64,000 nucleotides of DNA, taken from contig JAAEQC010000092.1 of NCBI GenBank assembly GCA_024231905.1, positions 88,726-152,725 of the forward strand, in the 5' to 3' direction. Made by a program: the position numbers and the translations under genes. Shown in pieces: positions 1 to 10,900 of the stretch (position 1 is the stretch's first letter; the number at the start of each line of letters is the position of its first letter). Source of the stretch: a bacterium (lineage in GTDB: Bacteria > Krumholzibacteriota > Krumholzibacteriia > LZORAL124-64-63). The notes beneath the pieces are model-generated. The model made no database searches and was not told where the DNA came from. It saw only the letters and a list, made by a program, of their open reading frames with translations.

Positions 1-1082
1 CGATCGGCGAGGTGGTGGTGGATCCCGACCGGGCCACCATCGACCGCATCCACGGCCTGGCGCGCACCGCGGCCGTGACCAACGAGAAGCTGGCGGGTCT
101 GCGCGATCTGCCGGCCCTCACCCCGGACGGGCACCGGGTCCGGCTCATGGCCAACGTGGAGATGCTGCTGGAGGTGGACGAGGCTCTGGCGCGGGGGGCC
201 GAGGGCGTGGGACTGCTGCGCACCGAGTTCTTCTTCTTCCAGCACCAGCGCATACCCACCGAGGAGGAGCAGGTCCGGGCCTACACCGAGCTCGTGAGGC
301 GCATGCAGGGCCGACCGGTGGTCTTCCGTACCCTGGACGTGGGCGGCGACAAGGTGTCCGATTACCTGGGGGCCAAGCGGGAGTACAATCCCTTCCTCGG
401 CTGGCGGGGCATCCGCTTCCTGCTGGCCAACCGGGCCCTCTTCAAGACCCAGGTGCGGGCGATCCTCCGCGCCGCTGCCGTGGGCCAGGCCAAGCTCATG
501 TTCCCCATGATCTCCGGCGTGCAGGAACTGCGGGACGCCCGGGAAGTGTGCGAGGAGGCCGCGGCCGAGTTGGAGCGCGAGGGGATCGAGCACGATCCCG
601 ATCTCGAGATCGGGGTCATGGTGGAGACGCCTTCGGCGGTGCTGGCCGCGGATCTGCTGGCCGCTGAGTGCGACTTCTTCAGTATCGGCACCAACGATCT
701 CATCCAGTACATGCTGGCCATGGACCGGGGCAACAGCCGCGTCTCCTATCTCTACCAGCCCCTGCATCCGGCCGTGCTGCGGGCCATCGACCGCACGGTG
801 AAGGCCGCCCATGCGGCGGGCCGCTGGGTGGGCCTCTGCGGCGAGATGGGAGCCGAGACCCGCCTGGCCGAGGTGCTGCTCGGCCTGGGTCTGGACGAGA
901 TCAGCCTGCACGGTCCGGCCCTGCCCAAGATCAAGCAGGTCATCCGCTGGACGAATCTCTCGGAGGCCCGTAGCATCGTCGACACCTTGCTGGACATGCC
1001 CACGGCCGAGGACGCCAACGCCTGGCTGGCCGACTACATCGCGCGCCGGAAACGCGACCGGGTCGAGGAGGGAACCCCGTGA
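1..1082 (+). CDS. ptsI: phosphoenolpyruvate-protein phosphotransferase (PTS enzyme I), C-terminal part; 5' end outside window
   Basis: Reading frame is open from base 3. PEP-utilising-enzyme TIM-barrel signatures GLLRTEFFF, FFSIGTNDLIQY and LCGEMG. Stop TGA 1080-1082. Confidence 0.8.
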   Translation, partial: IGEVVVDPDRATIDRIHGLARTAAVTNEKLAGLRDLPALTPDGHRVRLMANVEMLLEVDEALARGAEGVGLLRTEFFFFQHQRIPTEEEQVRAYTELVRRMQGRPVVFRTLDVGGDKVSDYLGAKREYNPFLGWRGIRFLLANRALFKTQVRAILRAAAVGQAKLMFPMISGVQELRDAREVCEEAAAELEREGIEHDPDLEIGVMVETPSAVLAADLLAAECDFFSIGTNDLIQYMLAMDRGNSRVSYLYQPLHPAVLRAIDRTVKAAHAAGRWVGLCGEMGAETRLAEVLLGLGLDEISLHGPALPKIKQVIRWTNLSEARSIVDTLLDMPTAEDANAWLADYIARRKRDRVEEGTP

Positions 1083-2107
1083 ACGCCGACAACCAGGGCT
1101 CGAATACCATGCGCCGGCTCATCCTGGAACTGCCGGACCAGTTGCGGACGGTAGCCGGGGGGTTGGACCGCTTGGACGTTGGCTCGCCGCCCCACGTGGT
1201 GCTGGCCGGCATGGGCGGGTCGGCCATCGCCGGCGATCTGGCGCGTCCGCTGCTCGCCGGCACGGGGCTCCACGTCCACCGGGACTATGGCCTGCCCGCC
1301 TGGGTGGGCGCCGGCGATCTGGTCGTGGCCGCCAGCTATTCCGGAGATACGGAGGAGACCCTGTCGGCCTGGGAGGAAGCCGCCCGGCGCGGTTGCACCC
1401 TGCTGGCCATAACCTCCGGAGGCGATCTGGCGGACCGTGCGGCCCGGCGCCATGTACCGGTTCTCACGCTGCCCGGGGGCCTGCCGCCCCGGGCGGCCCT
1501 GGGCCACGCCCTGGGTACCCTGGTGCGGGCCCTGGGCCGGTTGGGCGCTCTGGCCGGCGAAGCGGAGACGGAGATCGCCGCTGCCGCCGACCTGCTTGCG
1601 GACCGGGGCGAGGCCCTGTTCACCGCAGCGGCGGACGCTCCGGATGGATGGCCCCACCCGGCCGCAGTGGCGGAGGACCTGCGGAATCGACTGCCGGTGA
1701 TCCACAGCGCGGGGACGGCAGCCCATGGTGCCGCCCGGCGTCTGGCGGCCCAACTCAACGAGAACGCCAAAGTGCCGGCCCTGCTCGCGGCCTACCCCGA
1801 ACTGGACCACAACGACATCGTGGGCTGGGGGGAGGACGGCGAGCCCGGGCCCTTCGCCCTGGTCGTGCTACGCGACGCCGATCTGGATGATCGCACCGCG
1901 CGGCGCGTGGACATCACCGTCGAGACGACAGCGGCGGCCTTCGCCGCCCGGCACGAGATCGTCGCATCGCCGGGCCCGGTCCTGGCCCGAACCATGGCCC
2001 TGGTCCAGTACGGCGACGCGCTGAGCTGGCACCTGGCCCGCGTGCGGGGTGTCGATCCGGTGCCCGTGGAACGCATCCAGGAACTGAAGCGCCGGCTCGA
2101 TCCCTGA
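1079..2107 (+). CDS. bifunctional phosphoglucose/phosphomannose isomerase family protein (SIS domain)
   Basis: GTG 1079 overlaps the ptsI stop (GTGA). SIS-type motifs VVLAGMGGSAIAGD and ASYSGDTEETL. 342 aa, typical size for the PGI/PMI family. Confidence 0.65.
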   Translation: MNADNQGSNTMRRLILELPDQLRTVAGGLDRLDVGSPPHVVLAGMGGSAIAGDLARPLLAGTGLHVHRDYGLPAWVGAGDLVVAASYSGDTEETLSAWEEAARRGCTLLAITSGGDLADRAARRHVPVLTLPGGLPPRAALGHALGTLVRALGRLGALAGEAETEIAAAADLLADRGEALFTAAADAPDGWPHPAAVAEDLRNRLPVIHSAGTAAHGAARRLAAQLNENAKVPALLAAYPELDHNDIVGWGEDGEPGPFALVVLRDADLDDRTARRVDITVETTAAAFAARHEIVASPGPVLARTMALVQYGDALSWHLARVRGVDPVPVERIQELKRRLDP

Positions 2108-2150
2108 CCCATCACCCGCGCCCGTGATCGGGCGGACAGGAGACGACCAC

Positions 2151-3155
2151 GTGAAGGCACTCATTCCCGCTGCGGGCGTCGGCGCGCGCCTGCGTCCCCA
2201 CACCCTGAACAAGCCCAAGGCCCTGCTGCCGGTGGCGGGCAAGCCCATCCTCGCCCACATCATGGACGACCTGACCGCGGCCGGCATCGACGGCTTCGTG
2301 CTCATCGTCGGCTACCACGGCGACGAAGTGCGGGAGTGGTTCGCCAGGGAGCGTCCGGACCTGGACATCACCTTCGTGGAGCAGACCGAGCGCCTGGGCC
2401 TGGGCCACGCCGTGTGGACGGCTCGCGACATCCTGGGCCAGGATCCGTTCTTCTGCATCCTGGGCGACACCATCCTCAAGGCGGACTACGACAAGCTGCT
2501 GGCTTCGACCGCCAGCATGATCGCCGTGCGCGAGGTGGCGGACCCCCGCCGCTTCGGCGTGGTCGAGATGGACGGCGCCCAGGTGCGCCGCTTCGTGGAG
2601 AAACCCGACGTACCGCCCAGCAACCTGGCCATCGTCGGGGCCTACCTCTTCAGGGATCCGGCCGCCCTCTGGCGCAGCCTGGACCGGGTCGTGGCCGAGG
2701 ACATCCGCACCAAGAACGAGTACCAGCTCACGGACGCTCTGCAGATGATGGTGGAGGAAGGCGTGCCCTTCGTCACCGAAACCGTGACCGACTGGTACGA
2801 TTGCGGCAAGGATGACACCTGGTTGCAGACCAACCGGGTGCTCCTGGAGCGGGCGCCGGATACCGCCGCGGGCGAGGGCATCGTGGCGCCGGTCGACCTG
2901 GCTCCCGGCGTGCAGTTGCGCGACTCCACCGTGGGTCCCAACGTCACCCTGGGCCCGGGCGCCGTCCTGGAGAACTGCGTCCTGTCCGATTGCGTCGTCG
3001 GCGCCGGCACGCGCCTGATCGGCTGCCGCCTGCGGGACAGCTTGGTGGGAGAGTCTTGTGAGCTGCGTGGGGTTGACGGACGGGTGAATGTTGGCGATTT
3101 TAGCGTGATCGATCTGCAGACTGATCCGGCGGATAAGCCGGCCCGAAAGGACTGA
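2151..3155 (+). CDS. sugar-phosphate nucleotidyltransferase (NTP-transferase fold plus C-terminal hexapeptide-repeat region)
   Basis: GTG 2151 is preceded by GGAGA. N-terminus [28 protein letters not shown] (GxGxRLxPxT signature) and LGLGHAV. C-terminal left-handed-beta-helix-like repeats. The longer ORF-track start at 2124 has no RBS. Confidence 0.7.
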   Translation: MKALIPAAGVGARLRPHTLNKPKALLPVAGKPILAHIMDDLTAAGIDGFVLIVGYHGDEVREWFARERPDLDITFVEQTERLGLGHAVWTARDILGQDPFFCILGDTILKADYDKLLASTASMIAVREVADPRRFGVVEMDGAQVRRFVEKPDVPPSNLAIVGAYLFRDPAALWRSLDRVVAEDIRTKNEYQLTDALQMMVEEGVPFVTETVTDWYDCGKDDTWLQTNRVLLERAPDTAAGEGIVAPVDLAPGVQLRDSTVGPNVTLGPGAVLENCVLSDCVVGAGTRLIGCRLRDSLVGESCELRGVDGRVNVGDFSVIDLQTDPADKPARKD

Positions 3156-3159
3156 ATAC

Positions 3160-4305
3160 ATGAGTGAGCGTTTTCTCTTCACCAGCGAATCGGTGACGGA
3201 AGGTCACCCGGACAAGGTGGCGGACCAGATCTCCGACTCGGTGGTGGATGCCATCCTGAACGACGATCCCGATGGTCGCGTGGCCTGCGAGACCCTCGTC
3301 AACACGGGCGTCGCCATGCTGGCGGGCGAGATCACCACGAAGACCTACGTGGACATCCCCGAGATCGTCCGCGGCACGATCCGCGACATCGGCTACACCT
3401 CGGCCGATTTCGGCTTCGACGCCGACAGTTGCGCCGTGTTGACGTCCATCGACAAGCAGTCGCCGGATATCGCCCAGGGCGTCGACCCGGGCGGCGCGGG
3501 GGACCAGGGCCTCATGTTCGGCTACGCCTGCCGCGAGACCGACGTGCTCATGCCCCTGCCCATCACCGTGGCCCACCGCCTGGCCCAGCAGCTGGCGGCG
3601 GTGCGAAAGGACGGCACCCTGCCCTGGGTGCGGCCCGACGGCAAGACCCAGGTGACGGCCGTGTACGAGGACGGCCGTCCCGTGCGCATCGATACGGTGG
3701 TCGTCTCCACCCAGCACGGCCCCGACGTGAGCAACGATGACATCCGCGACGGCATCGCCAACCACGTCATCGCGCCGGTGCTGGCGAAGTTCGACGTGGA
3801 CCACGCCGGTTATACCGCCCACATCAATCCCACCGGACGCTTCGTCATCGGCGGTCCCCAGGGCGATTGCGGCCTCACCGGCCGCAAGATCATCGTCGAC
3901 ACCTACGGGGGCAGCGCCGCCCACGGCGGCGGCGCCTTCAGCGGCAAGGACTCCACCAAGGTGGACCGTTCCGGGGCCTACGCGGCGCGCCACCTGGCGC
4001 GCAACGTTGTCGCCGCCGAGCTGGCTGACCGCTGTCAGGTGCAGGTGGCCTACGCCATCGGCGTCGCCGAGCCGGTGAGCATCAACATCGAGACCTATGG
4101 AACTGGGCGCGTGCCCGACGCGGTCATCACCGAGGCCGTACGCACGGTGGTGGACCTGACGCCCCGCGGCATCATCGAGCGTCTGAAGCTGCGCGAGCCG
4201 GTCTTCCGGCAGACGGCGGCCTACGGCCACTTCGGCCGGGACGACGCGGATTTTACCTGGGAACGGGGCGATCTCGTGGCCGAGCTCAAGCGGGCGGCCG
4301 GCTAG
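3160..4305 (+). CDS. metK: S-adenosylmethionine synthetase
   Basis: [32 protein letters not shown] and GGGAFSGKD signatures. 381 aa. Confidence 0.95.
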   Translation: MSERFLFTSESVTEGHPDKVADQISDSVVDAILNDDPDGRVACETLVNTGVAMLAGEITTKTYVDIPEIVRGTIRDIGYTSADFGFDADSCAVLTSIDKQSPDIAQGVDPGGAGDQGLMFGYACRETDVLMPLPITVAHRLAQQLAAVRKDGTLPWVRPDGKTQVTAVYEDGRPVRIDTVVVSTQHGPDVSNDDIRDGIANHVIAPVLAKFDVDHAGYTAHINPTGRFVIGGPQGDCGLTGRKIIVDTYGGSAAHGGGAFSGKDSTKVDRSGAYAARHLARNVVAAELADRCQVQVAYAIGVAEPVSINIETYGTGRVPDAVITEAVRTVVDLTPRGIIERLKLREPVFRQTAAYGHFGRDDADFTWERGDLVAELKRAAG

Positions 4306-4345
4306 GGATCGGGGACAGGCGCTCCCGCGCGCCGGAGGGAAAAGC

Positions 4346-4374
4346 AAGGAGGCTCCCCGACGGGGAGCCTCCTT
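4346..4374. terminator. bidirectional hairpin between convergent metK and lipoprotein gene
   Basis: Perfect 13-bp inverted repeat aaggaggctcccc / ggggagcctcctt with a 3-nt loop (gac), flanked by A-run and T-rich sequence. Confidence 0.6.
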
Positions 4375-4403
4375 CTATTCAAACCAGAGCTGTCGGCCGC
4401 GGA

Positions 4404-5060
4404 TCAGTTCGCCTCGATGGTGAGCACGTCGCGGCGGGTCACGGACCAGGCCGGATAGGCCACCGACAGCCGGACCTCGTAGGTGCCGGCGGCGGTGAAT
4501 GTGTGGTTCGGTGACTTGCCCGCATAACGGCCGACCCTGACTCCGTCCGAGATACGGATGATTTCCCAGGTCTGGACCAGGTTGCGGTAGTCGCCCGCCA
4601 CGTCCGGGTCGATCTCGCATGACATGGCCCGGTAGTCCAGGTTGACCGGCTCGCCGAGAACGGCCGCGGCCGGCGCGGCCTCGGCCGCGATGGTCATGGA
4701 GTCGGCGATGATCGTGACTACGCGTTCGGCGACGGCAGTCTTGCCGCCGGGATCCTCCACCTTCAGGCTGACGGCGAAGTCGCCGGCCGTATCGTAGATG
4801 TGGTAGGCGAGGGACGTGGTCGACGTGGCACCATCGCCGAAGTTCCAGGTGTACTTCAGGTTGTTGGCGCCGCCGGTGGCCGGGCCGGACTCGTCGCCGC
4901 CGGAGGCCGCTCCGTAGACATCGACCCTCACGGGCAGCACCCCGCACTCGGGGGCCACGTGGATACGGGTGATCACGGGCTCGCTCTCATCTTCGCTGCA
5001 GCCCACACACACGGCGAGCATCGTCAGCAGGGCCAACATAGGCAGGATCAGACGTTTCAT
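4404..5060 (-). CDS. PKD-domain lipoprotein (exported)
   Basis: ATG at 5060 (MKRLILPMLALLTMLAVCVGC, signal peptide with lipobox-like Cys). PKD-like modules YTWNFGDGATSTTSLAYHIYDTAGDFAVSLKVEDPGG and HTFTAAGTYEVRLSV. Confidence 0.6.
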   Translation of the reverse strand: MKRLILPMLALLTMLAVCVGCSEDESEPVITRIHVAPECGVLPVRVDVYGAASGGDESGPATGGANNLKYTWNFGDGATSTTSLAYHIYDTAGDFAVSLKVEDPGGKTAVAERVVTIIADSMTIAAEAAPAAAVLGEPVNLDYRAMSCEIDPDVAGDYRNLVQTWEIIRISDGVRVGRYAGKSPNHTFTAAGTYEVRLSVAYPAWSVTRRDVLTIEAN

Positions 5061-5186
5061 CGGTACGTGATTCTCCCTGTGGGGTGGCAAGCATCCAGGA
5101 GTACCGGAACCCCGTTCCGATCCCCTCCCGCCTGGTCGCAATCAATGTATGAAGCTACGTCGCCCGGATCAAGGAGTCCAGTCAAA

Positions 5187-6260
5187 TCACCGCCGCGCGC
5201 GGACGAACATGACCAGGCAGATGAGGGCGTAAACGGCGTTTCCGGACCAGCCTGCGGCCAGGGGCGGCACCGTGCCGCTGTGGCCCAGGGATTTGCCGAA
5301 GTTCATGAACAGGTAATACCCGAAGCTCACGGCCAGGGTGAGGCCGAATCCCGAGGCGATGGTCGTCTTGCGGGGCCCGGAGGCCAGGACCACGCCCATG
5401 AAGACGACGATGAAGTTGACCACGGGAAAGGCCAGGTTCCAGTGGATGTCCACCAGGGCGCCGGTGGGATCGCCGCCGCTCTGCCGGATCAACGAGGCGT
5501 GTTTCAGCAACTGGCGGATGCTCATGTCCTCCTGGCGGATCCGGTCCCGGTAGAGGCTCTTGGGATCCACCGTGAGGTCCCGCGCCGTGAGGCGGTCGAA
5601 GGGTGTGACTACCTCCTGGTCACCGGTGAAGACCCGGCGTGTGCCGTCCACCAGGGTCCAGTGGCGTCCGTCCCATTCGGCCCGGACAGCGTCGATGCGC
5701 TCGGTGACCACGGCACCGTCATGGGCGATGACCCGCAGGCCGGTCACGAGCCCGGTGTTGGGATCGAAGCGGCGGACGAAGTAGAGACGGCCGTCGGGCC
5801 CGGTCAACGCGATGCGCTGGGTGGGACGGATGCGGTCGGGGTTGCCGTGGATTTCCACTTCCCACACCCGGTGCCGCTGCAGGTTGGCTTCGGGCAGCAC
5901 GTACTCCCGCCAGGCCAGGGACAGGATCATCGTCAGGGCGGCCAGCACCAGCAGGGGGCCCGTGATCCGCATGAGGGACCAGCCGGCGGCGAAGAGAGCG
6001 GTCAATTCCAGGTAGCGCGCCATGGTGCCGACGGTGAAGAGCGTGGCCATGAGCATGGCGATGGGCAGCACGATGTCCACGATCCAGGCGGCCTTGTACA
6101 GGTAGTAGCGGCCCACCTGGGAGATGGTGGCCTCGTTGTCCACCAGGCTGCCCACGTGCTCCAGCAGGTCCATGAGCGTAAACAGCACCAGGGCCCCGGC
6201 CATGGTGTAACCCAGGTTGCGCAGGAAGGTCGCCAGGATATGCCGGTGGAGGATGCGCAT
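5187..6260 (-). CDS. lptG: LPS export ABC permease, LptF/LptG (YjgP/YjgQ) family, second gene of pair
   Basis: ATG 6260 (MRILHRHILATFLRNLG...). Hydrophobic N- and C-terminal segments flank a soluble middle domain. The start shares 1 nt with the upstream stop (TGATG). Confidence 0.65.
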   Translation of the reverse strand: MRILHRHILATFLRNLGYTMAGALVLFTLMDLLEHVGSLVDNEATISQVGRYYLYKAAWIVDIVLPIAMLMATLFTVGTMARYLELTALFAAGWSLMRITGPLLVLAALTMILSLAWREYVLPEANLQRHRVWEVEIHGNPDRIRPTQRIALTGPDGRLYFVRRFDPNTGLVTGLRVIAHDGAVVTERIDAVRAEWDGRHWTLVDGTRRVFTGDQEVVTPFDRLTARDLTVDPKSLYRDRIRQEDMSIRQLLKHASLIRQSGGDPTGALVDIHWNLAFPVVNFIVVFMGVVLASGPRKTTIASGFGLTLAVSFGYYLFMNFGKSLGHSGTVPPLAAGWSGNAVYALICLVMFVRARR

Positions 6261-7690
6261 CAGGCGGCCGCCCCGTCCGGGTCCGCGGATTCTCCTGCCG
6301 GGGGCGGGACGGCGCCGGGCTTGAGAGTGATGCTCAGCAGCGTGGATTCCCGCACGGTCTTCAGGAATACGGGGATCCCCACCGCCGTCAGCACGATGTT
6401 GGCCGACCACATGGCCAGCATGGGGTTCAACAGGCCGCGGTCGGCGAACTTCTCGCCCCCCACCAGGAACAGGTAGTAGACGGCGAAGACGGCGATGGCC
6501 AGGCTCACGCTCACGCCCTTGCCGCTGCGCGAGGTCGTCACCGCCATGGGCACTCCCAGCAGGGCGAAGACCACGCAGGCAAAGGGGATGGCGAACTTCT
6601 TGTGGAACTCGACCATGTACTTGTTCCGGCGCACCTCATAGCTGGCGGCGATCTTCCCCTGGTATTCGGACTGTTCGACCGTGCGCTCCACCTTCAGGCG
6701 CGTGGCCCGGAAGCGGGGTTCCACCACGCTGCGCCGCTGCGGGGTGCCGGCCGGGGGCACGGCCCGGGTGCCGAGGACGTCCCCGCGCCGGTCGGGATCC
6801 AGCAGCTGCCAGTGCCAGCTCAGCAGGTTGTGGGCCTGGCTGGCCACGTGCTTCCGCGATTCCAGTTGCTTGCCGCGCTCCTCGGCGGCGGCCGCCCACA
6901 GGGACGTCAGGTTCATCTCCCGATCGCCGCGGGCCTTGCGCCCCGACTCCCGGAAGTCCCGCTCCACGTTGTTCACGTACACGTTCTGCTGCTTGAAACG
7001 GATGACTTGGTACTTGTCCGGCGCCTCCTTGTCAGGGCGCTCGTGGACCTCGCCGTCGTGCAACTCGATGAGCATGGAGTCGGTCTCGTGGTCGGGAATG
7101 ATGCGGCCCCAGGTGGCGACGGTCAGGCGCGGCGCCACGTCGTTGGGCTTCTCGCGCTCGATGATCTGCACGTCCTCGATGCGCCCGGTGAGATCGTCCT
7201 TGGCCGAGACCCGGATGGTCATGCGGTCGTTCAGTTCATTGAACCGGCGCGGCTGGATCTCGAGCATGGGCTTCTTGCGATTGATGTCGTAGACCAGGTT
7301 GGCCAGGGTGTGGTTGGACTCGGGAAAGACCCAGTGGTTGTAGGCTGTCAGGCCGATGGCCACCACCGTGGCCGCGCCGAGCAGCGGGCGCAGGATCGAC
7401 CACAGGCTGATGCCGCTGGCCTTGAAGGCCGTAATTTCATGATCGGCAGCCAGTTGCCCGACGGCCATCAGTATGGCCACCAGCACCGCCATGGGCACGG
7501 AAAGTGCAAATGTGTGCCCCAGGCTGAGGCCCAGGACCTTGGTGGCCAGCAGGAAGGGAACACCTTTGCTGACAAAGAGATCGACGTACTTGTAGAGGAT
7601 CTCTATCATCAGCAGGAAGGTGATGACGAACAGCCCGAAGAAGAACGGGCCGACCGTCGAGCGTAGCAAGTATCTGTAGATCAGGTACAT
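6260..7690 (-). CDS. lptF: LPS export ABC permease, LptF/LptG (YjgP/YjgQ) family, first gene of pair, with long soluble insert
   Basis: ATG 7690 (MYLIYRYLLRSTVGPFFFGLFVITFLL...). 476 aa. The C-terminal TM block FAIPFACVVFALLGVPMAV is typical of the family. Confidence 0.65.
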   Translation of the reverse strand: MYLIYRYLLRSTVGPFFFGLFVITFLLMIEILYKYVDLFVSKGVPFLLATKVLGLSLGHTFALSVPMAVLVAILMAVGQLAADHEITAFKASGISLWSILRPLLGAATVVAIGLTAYNHWVFPESNHTLANLVYDINRKKPMLEIQPRRFNELNDRMTIRVSAKDDLTGRIEDVQIIEREKPNDVAPRLTVATWGRIIPDHETDSMLIELHDGEVHERPDKEAPDKYQVIRFKQQNVYVNNVERDFRESGRKARGDREMNLTSLWAAAAEERGKQLESRKHVASQAHNLLSWHWQLLDPDRRGDVLGTRAVPPAGTPQRRSVVEPRFRATRLKVERTVEQSEYQGKIAASYEVRRNKYMVEFHKKFAIPFACVVFALLGVPMAVTTSRSGKGVSVSLAIAVFAVYYLFLVGGEKFADRGLLNPMLAMWSANIVLTAVGIPVFLKTVRESTLLSITLKPGAVPPPAGESADPDGAAA

Positions 7691-7955
7691 AGCTCCATGT
7701 TTCCGTTGCCTGCGGCCCGGATACAATCCAACCTGGACAAGGTTCCCGCCCCTCCGGGAGGCCGGAGATTCAGCGGGCGCCGGACTCGGACCGGCGGTCA
7801 TCGCCCCACCGGACCGCGCCCGGATGACTCGCCGGGCGAGGTCGGGTACCGGTAGCGGCTTGGCCGGTCCCGGGGCCAGCTTGACCATTTTCGTGGACGA
7901 TCCCCGTCCCGGCCAGGAAAAAAGCCGGCGGCGTACCCCAGAAGGAGCATCGAGG

Positions 7956-10900
7956 TTGAGCAGAGGCCGTCCGGAACATGGCTCCGCCGGGAACCGGGTT
8001 TCCCGTAATCGCCCTTGTGGCGGCGGCGGCCTCCTGCTCCTGACCCTCCTGCTGCCGTTGCTGTTGACCGCCGCTCCGGTCGCCGCGGACCCCGTCTACC
8101 AGGGCCCGATCCTCTACGGTTTCGATCCGGTGATCCGCACCACCCGCGACCCGCGCCTGCTGGGCGTGGAGCGCCAGATCATGCGGCAGCGCTTGGAGGC
8201 CGCCGGCGTGCGGCCCACCGAAGTGGGACGCGACCGCCCGGGCCTGACCCATACCATGCGCCGGCTGTGGCTCGAACGGGCCCGCGTGGACCTGGAGCGC
8301 CTGGAACGTCTGGTGGAGTTCGACGGCCGGCGGGGCACCTACGTGGAGATCGAATACCACCGGTACCTGATCCTGTTCCCGCCCCGGGAAACCCTGCCGG
8401 GGGGCTTCGTCTACTACCCACCCCGGCGGTTAGACAACCCGGACGTGACGATCTTCGTGGACGAACTGGGGGCGGGCATCGCCCGGCGGCACGCGGTGGC
8501 CGGCCGTGAGCACTGGACCACCTCCCTGGACCTGGCCGGCGGCGGCAAACGGGCCCGGGACGCAGGCGGCCTCATCAACCTCACGATCCCCATCAAGCTG
8601 CCACGCACCCTCGAGCGCATCATCGGCAAGGGCGAGAAGACGAGCATTCGCATCAGCGGCCGCGAGCGTATCGCCATCACCGGCGAAAGCACCGTCACCA
8701 AGCCCTTCCTGGGGAACGAACGCATCCAGAGCCAGTCCCTGTTCCCGTCCCTGGACATGGAGCAGGAACTGCAGGTCAACCTCTCGGGCACCATCGGCGA
8801 GAAGATCATCCTGGAGGTGGACCACAACAGCGCCGCCATCGGTCCGGACGCCACCAAGATCAAGCTGATGTACCGGGGCGACGAGGACGACATCATCCAG
8901 ACCATCGAGACCGGCGACGTGGGCCTGACCCTGCCCGGCGGCGGTCTCATGAACTACAGTTCCAGCAAGACCGGACTGTTCGGCATCAAGGTCAAAGGCC
9001 AGGTGGGCCCGGCCGACTTCACCGTGCTGGCCACCAAGCAGAAGGCCGAGAGCTCGAGCCAGAATTTCAACGCCAAGGGCGGGCAGCTTACCTCCCACGA
9101 GATCCTGTCCCACAACTACTTCCGGAACCGCTTCTTCCGCCTGACGAGTACCGAAGAGGCGAACCGCATCTCCATGGCCGCCATCGATCCGGCGACGATT
9201 TTCGTCTACAGGCTAATCGGCGGCGGGGAGGTCGTCGGCGACGAGGTCCGACAGCTAGCCGTCTACCCGGACTCCACGGGATCGTTCTACACCAACGATC
9301 TGACAGTGACCCCGGCATTCCGGGCCGACCGCTGGGCTCCGGTGCCCATCAATACGGACCCGGCGAGCCCCGGCTATTCGCTCCTGGTGGACAAGGACAA
9401 CTTCCTGTGGGGGGTGGATCTCGGTTCTGACCAGGGGGACGACACGGTGTTGGGTGTCACCTACGCACTGAGAGATGGCACGCGGTTCGGCGACTATCCG
9501 GGGGATCCGGCGCCCGGCACCGTTTTTCAGGACGGCGCACCGGTGGAGGGGGAATGGTGGCGGCTGAAGCTGCTCAAGGCGCCTGCCTCGGACGACAATC
9601 GATTCGCCCATGCCCTGATGATCCGGCAGATCTATTCGTTGGGCGGCGCCAACATCGATCCGGGCAGTTTCTCGCTCCGCATCGAAAATACGGATCTTCG
9701 GGACGATACACCCCAGTACGATGAGAACGGTGTCCCCTACCTGCAGATCTTCGGTCTGGACAACGGCGACGACTACGGACTGGGATCCCGGGACGAGGAG
9801 CCGGACCTGACGCGGGACACCCTGTTCGATCTCGACAAGGGTCTGCTCAAGTTCCCCGAGGACTTCGCCCAACCCTTCGCTGCCGATTCGACCACCTACA
9901 AGAACAATGCCTCGGGTACGGCATTCGCTTGGGACGATACGTCCTATCTGGCCACGAACCTCGTTCCCGATCTGTACTCACTTGATGCCCAGGTTTCGTT
10001 GTTGCCCCAGTACGGCAAGTTCCGTTTCGTGGCCGAACACGCCTCGGCCAGCAACACCCTCTCCCTGGGCTCGAGCAACATCGAGGAGAACTCGGAGGTG
10101 GTGAAGGTCGACGGCAAGACCCTCAAGCGGGGCGAGGACTACGACATCGACTACGTCTTCGGCGAGATCGTTCTCAAGGAGGGGAACTTCACACTCACGG
10201 CCGAGAGCCAGATATCGGTGACCTACGGTTACTCGCCCTTCATCGGCGGAGGCTCCACGAGCCTCTTGGGCGGCAACCTCGGTTATCAGATCGGTCGCGA
10301 CAGCCGCTTGTCCACCACCTGGTTGTACAAGTCCGAGGTCATCGTCGGGGACAAGGCCAAGCTGGGGGAAGAGCCGTCCAAGAATCTGGTGGGCACGGTG
10401 AACCTGCAACACACGATGCGGCCCAAGTTCCTGACCAGCGTCGCCAACCTGCTCAGCCGGCACGACACCGAGAAGGAGAGCTCGGTGCAGCTCCAGGGGG
10501 AGGTCGCCGTGAGCATCCCCAACCCCAACACCAAGGGCCAGGTCTACCTGGAGGACTTCGAAGGCATCGATGCCTCCAACGTGATCTCCCTGGTGCGGAC
10601 CGCCTGGACGCTGCCGGCCTTCCCTATCCAGGATGCCGACGGTTTCGTCGGCGCCTTGCCGCAATTCGGATCCACCGAGCGCGTCGGCACCACCCGCTGG
10701 TACCGCCCCAACGATCGTGTGCCGCGCTGGTATCTCAACCCGTCCTTGGAGAGCCAGGAACTGGACGAAGCCCAGTCGGTCATGGAGCTCTACCTGAAGG
10801 ACGAGGCCGGAGATGTCTGGAACACCGGCAGTTGGGGCGGGATCTCCCGCGGTGTCAGCGCTTCCGGCCTCGACCTGACCCAGGCCCAGTTCATCGAAAT

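Noticed and set aside
7824-7955. Upstream start for the SprA-like ORF.
   Set aside because: There is no RBS, and it would add about 44 charged residues ahead of the signal peptide. TTG 7956 has AAGGAG at the proper spacing. The true start remains unverified.
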